A DNA stretch of 64,000 nucleotides from Gemmatimonadales bacterium (GTDB lineage Bacteria; Gemmatimonadota; Gemmatimonadetes; Gemmatimonadales; GWC2-71-9): the NCBI GenBank assembly GCA_035703525.1, contig DASSYA010000020.1:6351-70350 (forward strand), given 5' to 3'. A program made the translations under genes and the position numbers. The notes under the pieces were generated by a model that saw only the letters and a list, made by a program, of their open reading frames with translations, did not search any database and was not told the origin of the DNA. Of the stretch, positions 58,727 to 64,000 are shown in pieces (within the stretch, counting starts at the first letter, position 1; each line of letters opens with the position of its first letter).

Positions 58727-59752
58727 ATGTCGAGCCCCTCCGCCGCCAGCCCGCATGCCGATCCCCTGGTCACCGTGGTCGTGCCGATGCGGAACGAGGC
58801 CGCCGGCATCATCGCCTGCCTCGAATCGATCCTCGCCAACACCCTCCCGGACAACGCCACCCTCGAACTGCTGGTGCTCGACGGCGAGTCGACCGACGCG
58901 AGCCCGGCCCTCGTCCAGGCCCTCGCCGAGCGCGACCCCCGGGTCCGGCTGATCGCGAACCCGGCCCGGCTGCAGGCCGACGCCTTCAACATCGGACTCC
59001 GAGAGGCCCGCGGCCGCTACCTGGTCCGGATGGACGCCCACACCCGCTACGACCCCGCCTACTGTGCCGAGTGCGTCCGATTGCTCGAGGAGACGGGCGC
59101 GGAGAATGTCGGCGGCGTCCAGCGCGCCACCGGAACCGATGCCATGAGCTCGGCGATCGCCGCGGCGGTGTCGAGCCGGTTCGCCGCCGGCGACGCCAAG
59201 TACCGCCATGCCACCGAGCCCGCCTGGGTCGACACCGTCTATCTCGGTGCCTGGCGGACCGACACCCTCCGGAAGATCGGTGGCATGCGCCCGGGCTGGG
59301 CGGTCAACGAGGACTACGAGATGAACATCCGGCTCCGCGCCACCGGCGGCCGGATCCATCTCTCGCCGACCATCAAGTCGAGCTATGCCGTCCGCGCCTC
59401 GCTCCCCAAGCTCATCCGGCAATACACCCGCTACGGCTTCTGGAAGGTGCGCACCCTCCGCACCCACCCCGGCTCGGTGCGGCTCCGCCAGCTCGTGGCG
59501 CCGGCCTTCGTGGCCTCGATCCTCGCCACCCCGATCCTCGTGGCGCTGTTCGGTCCGCTCGGCTGGAGCCACCTCGCGCTCTATGCGTGTGCCAATCTCA
59601 CGGCGAGCGTGCTCACCGCGCGCGCCACGAGCTGGCGGCATCTCCCCCTCCTGCCGGTGATCTTCCTCGCGATCCACCTGAGTTGGGGCACCGGCTTCCT
59701 GGCCGGTTGGACCTATTGGCCGCTCCGGCCCCGCGATGCGGCGACGATCTGA
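58727..59752 (+). CDS. Glycosyltransferase family 2 (ExoA-like)
   Basis: VVVPMRNE, DGESTD, RMDAH, VDTVYLG, NEDYE. Confidence 0.9.
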   Translation: MSSPSAASPHADPLVTVVVPMRNEAAGIIACLESILANTLPDNATLELLVLDGESTDASPALVQALAERDPRVRLIANPARLQADAFNIGLREARGRYLVRMDAHTRYDPAYCAECVRLLEETGAENVGGVQRATGTDAMSSAIAAAVSSRFAAGDAKYRHATEPAWVDTVYLGAWRTDTLRKIGGMRPGWAVNEDYEMNIRLRATGGRIHLSPTIKSSYAVRASLPKLIRQYTRYGFWKVRTLRTHPGSVRLRQLVAPAFVASILATPILVALFGPLGWSHLALYACANLTASVLTARATSWRHLPLLPVIFLAIHLSWGTGFLAGWTYWPLRPRDAATI

Positions 59753-60767
59753 GTCACCGCGAGGACTCCTCGCACGGCCGCTCTGCTGGGGACCATTGCT
59801 CGTCGCACTCATCGGGATGGCCATCCTTTGGCTGGCGGTCGATCGACTGTGGTGGACGCTGCTCTTCGGGTATGGCCCGCGCTGGGTGTGGTGGCCACTC
59901 GTGGTGGTACCACTCCTGGCGCGGTGTCGGCGCACGGAACGTGTCGCCTCGGCAGCACTCACCGGCGGGGTCGTGCTCTTCGGGCTGCAGGGATTCCAGC
60001 TCCCGATCGGACGACTGGCGCCAGGGGCTGATACGACCGGGGGCACCCTCCGCCTGATCACGTTCAATGCCGCGGTGCGCGGCGAGGCGCTCCCCAAGGC
60101 CATCGCGCTCGCCACGGAGCAGGCAGTCGACGTCCTCGTGGTGGTCGAGTGCCCACCGTTCCGCGGCGAAGCGATCGCGCGGTATCGGGAGATGGGCGTG
60201 GAGCGTGCGGGCGAGATCTGTGTCTGGCAGCCGAGCCACGCGCCCGTCGAGATCGAGCTCGCCGAAAAGCCCGTGCGCGAGATCGGCTGGTCCGGGACTA
60301 TCGGCATGGTCCGGGGAATCGAGGGAGTCGGCGGGCCGCTCGGCGTGGTCCATCTTCGCAGCGTGCGGAATGAGCTGAGCGAATTCCTGGATCTGTCAGA
60401 ACTCATCGGTCAGACCGACTCCATGGCGGCGCGTCAACAGAAGCGGATCGGCGGCTCGACGTTCGCCTCGCGCTGGTTCGAAGGCACCGAGGAAGGCCGA
60501 CCGACGCTGGTCGTGGGAGACTTCAACCTGATCCGTGAATCCGCCGTCTTCCGTCGAGACTGGGGCAGGTGGCGCGACGCGTTCGGGGCGGCGGGCTTCG
60601 GGTATGGCCACACCTGGAACTCGAGCTGGTACGGACTGCGGATCGACCACGTCCTGACCGATGACTCGTGGACGGTTCGGAGCGCGCGTGTCGGTCCCGA
60701 TCTGGGATCGGATCACCGCCCCCTGATCGTCGAACTACGCCGACGCCTGACGGTCAGCGAACAATGA
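59736..60767 (+). CDS. Membrane-anchored endonuclease/exonuclease/phosphatase family protein
   Basis: LITFNA, VGDFN, RIDHV, GSDHRP. Confidence 0.88.
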   Translation: MRRRSESPRGLLARPLCWGPLLVALIGMAILWLAVDRLWWTLLFGYGPRWVWWPLVVVPLLARCRRTERVASAALTGGVVLFGLQGFQLPIGRLAPGADTTGGTLRLITFNAAVRGEALPKAIALATEQAVDVLVVVECPPFRGEAIARYREMGVERAGEICVWQPSHAPVEIELAEKPVREIGWSGTIGMVRGIEGVGGPLGVVHLRSVRNELSEFLDLSELIGQTDSMAARQQKRIGGSTFASRWFEGTEEGRPTLVVGDFNLIRESAVFRRDWGRWRDAFGAAGFGYGHTWNSSWYGLRIDHVLTDDSWTVRSARVGPDLGSDHRPLIVELRRRLTVSEQ

Positions 60768-61209
60768 CCGCCTGATAGACGGAGTTGTTGGGCCGGAGGG
60801 CGTAGGTCGTCTGCTGGGCTGCGGCGACCACCAAGACGTTGTACTGGCTGGCGCGGGTGACGTCGCTGACCCGGAATCTGGCGACATTGCCGTTGGTCAG
60901 GGTACCGGTGACCACGACATCCCCAATGCCGGACGCTACCGTCCCGAAGCCATCGTAACTCGCTTCCGGGGCGATACTGTCGATGGACGGTCCGGTGACC
61001 CGCATCTGGAGCGCGCCATCGTCGGCGTACGGTGTGGTGAGCTGCACGGTGAGCCACCCGGGAGTGGCCGGCTGCTCGCCGGTGTCAGGGCCGGCAGGCG
61101 AACTCGCGCCGCAAGCGACGAGCAGCATGAGGAGGGAGAGAATGGGTACCAGACGAGAACTGCGGTGCGCCACGGCGAGCCGCCTCGAGAGCTTGTACGT
61201 GTAAGTCAT
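60754..61209 (-). CDS. Small beta-rich lipoprotein (candidate cohesin-like)
   Basis: Lipobox LLVAC, then about 110 aa of alternating beta-strand pattern. Confidence 0.7.
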   Translation of the reverse strand: MTYTYKLSRRLAVAHRSSRLVPILSLLMLLVACGASSPAGPDTGEQPATPGWLTVQLTTPYADDGALQMRVTGPSIDSIAPEASYDGFGTVASGIGDVVVTGTLTNGNVARFRVSDVTRASQYNVLVVAAAQQTTYALRPNNSVYQAVIVR

Positions 61210-61366
61210 GGCGTATAGCATCGACCAGATTCCGTCCGGTCTGTACCCCGTGCCATCCCTGGCATCCAAATGCATGTATGACAACGCTTTAGGTTCGATG
61301 TAATGGTGGTGAGTGCGCCAGATCTGCTGGAGCACTGTCCAATAGCTTGACACTTTGAGGTGACCC

Positions 61367-62638
61367 GTGGGCCGCGCCATCCGACTGGGCTGGACCGTCT
61401 TCGCCGGGCTGGCATTCCTCGGCGTCTGTCTGCTCACCCTCGTCCCCGCCCCGGGATCGCTGGTGGCGATCCGGGCGACCCCGTGGTGGTGCATCAGCTG
61501 TGGTGCATCCGGCAGCGCCGACCTGTTCCAGAACCTGCTCCTGCTCATCCCGCTCGGCTTTGCGCTCGCCCGCATGGGCATCAGCCGACGTCGGGCGCTC
61601 CCCCTCCTGCTGCTCCTGCCAGTCGGGATCGAGGTCGCACAGGCGCTCTGGATCACTGGCCGCGATGCGACGCTTGGCGATGTGCTCGCCAACGGCAGCG
61701 GTGGTGTGCTCGGGTTCTGGTTCGGGGTTCGGGCCCGCCTGCCGGTGCGCGGCGCTCGCCATGGCTGGCGATGGGCGGCCCTGATGCTCGGCCTCTTCGT
61801 CGCGCAATTGCTCGCGACATCGAGCCTGGTTGCACCATCACTCCGGGGCGGTCAACCAGCGCAATTGCGTCTGGCGCCCGAAGGAATCGGCAAACCGGTC
61901 TATCGCGGCACCTTCATGGCACTGGGCCGCAATGGACGCGCAATCCTAAACGCATCCGATGCCGATGCACAGGGCGATGCCCAAACCCACATGACATGGA
62001 CCGCCGGCTTCACGTGGCAGGACACCGACGCGGGCACCCTCACCCCCCTTGTTCGTCTCGATGATGCGCATGATTGGCCACTCTTCGCGCTCGATCTGCG
62101 GCACCGCGCGGTGGGAGTCGAGGTGCGAACCCTCGGAGGTGTCCTCCGCTTCCGGACCCCGACCTGGCTCGCCCCGGTACCCCCACGCATCGCGCCGCGC
62201 GACACCGTGACGGTGCGCTACGTCGCGTCACCGGGTCGAGTCCTGGTCCGGACCACGGTCCACGGCATCACCGTGCAGCACCTGTTCCCGGTCGGTGCAC
62301 AGCACGGCTGGTCGCTGATCAATCCGTTCACGCCCGCGCACGGTAACCCGACGGTGTGGCATCGCTGGACACTCGCCTGGCTCGCGGGATGGGGCCTGTT
62401 GCTCGGCCTGTCCGCCGCACCGATGCGCGTGCGCTGGCCGTGGGCCGTGGTGGCCGTGGTGGCACTTGTTGCCGCCACCATGTGGAGCGGCACCCTCATC
62501 GGAATCGACGAGGGTGCCGCCCTGGTTGTTGCCTGGCTGATCGGGCTGTGGCTCAGTTCAGCAGCAGCAGCTCACCGGCGACCGGACGGGGACGCAGGTA
62601 CCAGGTCCCGTCCCCCAGTGGCACCAGCATCCCGGTGA
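61367..62638 (+). CDS. VanZ-like membrane protein
   Basis: DLFQNLLLLIPLG, IEVAQ, GRDATLGDVLANGSG. Confidence 0.8.
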   Translation: MGRAIRLGWTVFAGLAFLGVCLLTLVPAPGSLVAIRATPWWCISCGASGSADLFQNLLLLIPLGFALARMGISRRRALPLLLLLPVGIEVAQALWITGRDATLGDVLANGSGGVLGFWFGVRARLPVRGARHGWRWAALMLGLFVAQLLATSSLVAPSLRGGQPAQLRLAPEGIGKPVYRGTFMALGRNGRAILNASDADAQGDAQTHMTWTAGFTWQDTDAGTLTPLVRLDDAHDWPLFALDLRHRAVGVEVRTLGGVLRFRTPTWLAPVPPRIAPRDTVTVRYVASPGRVLVRTTVHGITVQHLFPVGAQHGWSLINPFTPAHGNPTVWHRWTLAWLAGWGLLLGLSAAPMRVRWPWAVVAVVALVAATMWSGTLIGIDEGAALVVAWLIGLWLSSAAAAHRRPDGDAGTRSRPPVAPASR

Positions 62639-63551
62639 CCCGGAGGGAACGGCCCGGGGCGAACGCCTGGGTCGGCACCTGCAGGACCGAGTCGATCCGC
62701 ACCAGCGCCGTGTCGGTGTCGCGCGCCAGATGGGCCACGAAGACGTTGCCATCGCGCGTCGTGTCGGCGATCACGGCGGAATCGATGCTCACGAGTGCGG
62801 CATCGAGTTCCCCCCCCCGCGCGTTCCTCGCCTCGGCCACCGTGATGGCGACGGTCGGGGGCACGGGACGTTCGGACACGGTCAGGATCCGCCCATCGGC
62901 CAGCACCGGCTGACCCGCCACACGGGCCGTCCGGCCGAAGACGATCACCGAGTCGCCCCGATTGTTGCCGCTGCGCCCCGGGCGGTGCGCCGAGGGGATG
63001 ACCCGGAGGTACGCTGCCCCATCCGTCAGGTAGGTCGCCGAGTCGGGGAAATACTGGAGGGCCGAGGTGACCAGGCCGCGCACGAAGACGGGCCGATCGA
63101 CCTGGGCCGCGCGCGCCTCGGTCAGGGTCAGGGTCGGATACCCCACGAGCACGTTCGAGGCAGCCACGGCCCCCTCGCGGGTGGCAGAGATCCGGAAGAC
63201 CGAGTCACCGACGATCGTGCGGCTCGGCAGCGAGTCGCCGATCGACCCCGGCACCACGGCGAAGCGGTAGCGGCCGATCGGCACGTCACGGAAGAGCGCC
63301 AGTCCGACGGTGTCGGTGACGGCAACCTGCACCGTGTCGACGCCACCCTCTGCGAAGAGGGCCACCCGGACGCCCGTGACGATCGTGTCGAACGGCGTCG
63401 CGGTCCCGGTGCCGTCCCGGTCGAGGATCACCCCCACCCCGACGGCGCCGGTCACCAGCCCGGGGAGTGCGAGGTCCTGGCCGGCATTGTCACAGCCACT
63501 CGTGGCGGTCAGCAGGGCAAGGGTGAGCAGGATCGATGCGCGCATGTTCAC
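62553..63551 (-). CDS. Lipoprotein with SdrD-B/prealbumin-like and possible OB-fold segments
   Basis: Lipobox TSGC; LDRDGTG; follows the TonB receptor. Confidence 0.7.
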   Translation of the reverse strand: MNMRASILLTLALLTATSGCDNAGQDLALPGLVTGAVGVGVILDRDGTGTATPFDTIVTGVRVALFAEGGVDTVQVAVTDTVGLALFRDVPIGRYRFAVVPGSIGDSLPSRTIVGDSVFRISATREGAVAASNVLVGYPTLTLTEARAAQVDRPVFVRGLVTSALQYFPDSATYLTDGAAYLRVIPSAHRPGRSGNNRGDSVIVFGRTARVAGQPVLADGRILTVSERPVPPTVAITVAEARNARGGELDAALVSIDSAVIADTTRDGNVFVAHLARDTDTALVRIDSVLQVPTQAFAPGRSLRVTGMLVPLGDGTWYLRPRPVAGELLLLN

Positions 63552-64000
63552 TTCTCCACCCGGAGGCCGATGCGGATCGTGCGCGGATCATTTCGTCGCA
63601 CGAGCAGATGCCCGAAGTTGCTGTTGAGGACGAGCGGCAGGACGACGCGGCCCTGTGCGTCGTGCGAGATGCTGCCGGACGGATCGATCAGCACGGCGGC
63701 CTGGTCGACTCGACCGGTGGCACTCGCGGCGAGGTTGAAGGCGTCGATGGTCAGCCGGACTCCCCCCCCCGATACCGGCAATCGCAGCGAGGCCTGCAGA
63801 TCGAGGGCCTGGGCCATCGCCTCGCGGCAGCCGTTCCGGAGGGCGAACGCCGAGGTCCCCGGCGTGCATCCCGCGGCGTTGAGCAGATTGCCGAGCCCGG
63901 AGACACTGCTCGTGGCGACGGGGTCGTTGCCACTCGAGCCATCGCCATTGACGTCGGTCCCGAGCGGGAATCCCGCCGTGAAGGGCAAGCCGCTCCGCAT
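63548..64000 (-). CDS. TonB-dependent receptor, C-terminal part (partial)
   Basis: SGLPFT, DVNGDG, LTIDAFNL, PRTIRIGLRVE. Confidence 0.75.
   Translation of the reverse strand: MRSGLPFTAGFPLGTDVNGDGSSGNDPVATSSVSGLGNLLNAAGCTPGTSAFALRNGCREAMAQALDLQASLRLPVSGGGVRLTIDAFNLAASATGRVDQAAVLIDPSGSISHDAQGRVVLPLVLNSNFGHLLVRRNDPRTIRIGLRVEK

Noticed and set aside
58706..60406. 566-aa minus-strand ORF
   Set aside because: Shadow of the GT2 and EEP genes
61240..61275. Sigma-54 promoter in the lipoprotein/VanZ gap
   Set aside because: TGGCAT..GC spacing is 9 rather than 10, and the minus-strand TGGCAC lacks the -12 GC

Overview
High-GC bacterial window; gene content and style suggest Gemmatimonadota (inference). 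(1) 1-4527: right end of an integrative island ending in a 3' tRNA-Arg(CCG) fragment (attR). It holds an IS21 inserted into an IS3, a second IS3 remnant, and a lower-GC lipase-like lipoprotein/lipoprotein pair. (2) 4.6-24 kb: mostly housekeeping genes (P1B ATPase, site-2 protease, rho-ruvX-mltG, thiE, RlmI-like methyltransferase, histone H1-like protein, tdh-kbl, NYN protein) with unusual heptamer/REP composite repeats. (3) 24-64 kb: a large exosortase/PEP-CTERM exopolysaccharide locus with an NtrC-type regulator and kinase, four sigma-54 promoter candidates, wzc/wza/priming GT/exosortase/EpsI, several GTs, Wzy/Wzx, and a CapK/GNAT/PP-loop tailoring set. It ends with an S8 protease with seven BACON-like repeats and a dockerin-like tail, a thioester-motif PEP-CTERM protein, a candidate cohesin-like lipoprotein and a partial TonB-dependent receptor. 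The best candidate for an undescribed system is a dockerin/cohesin-like surface-anchoring pair embedded in this envelope locus. All calls come from motif reading by eye; no searches were run.
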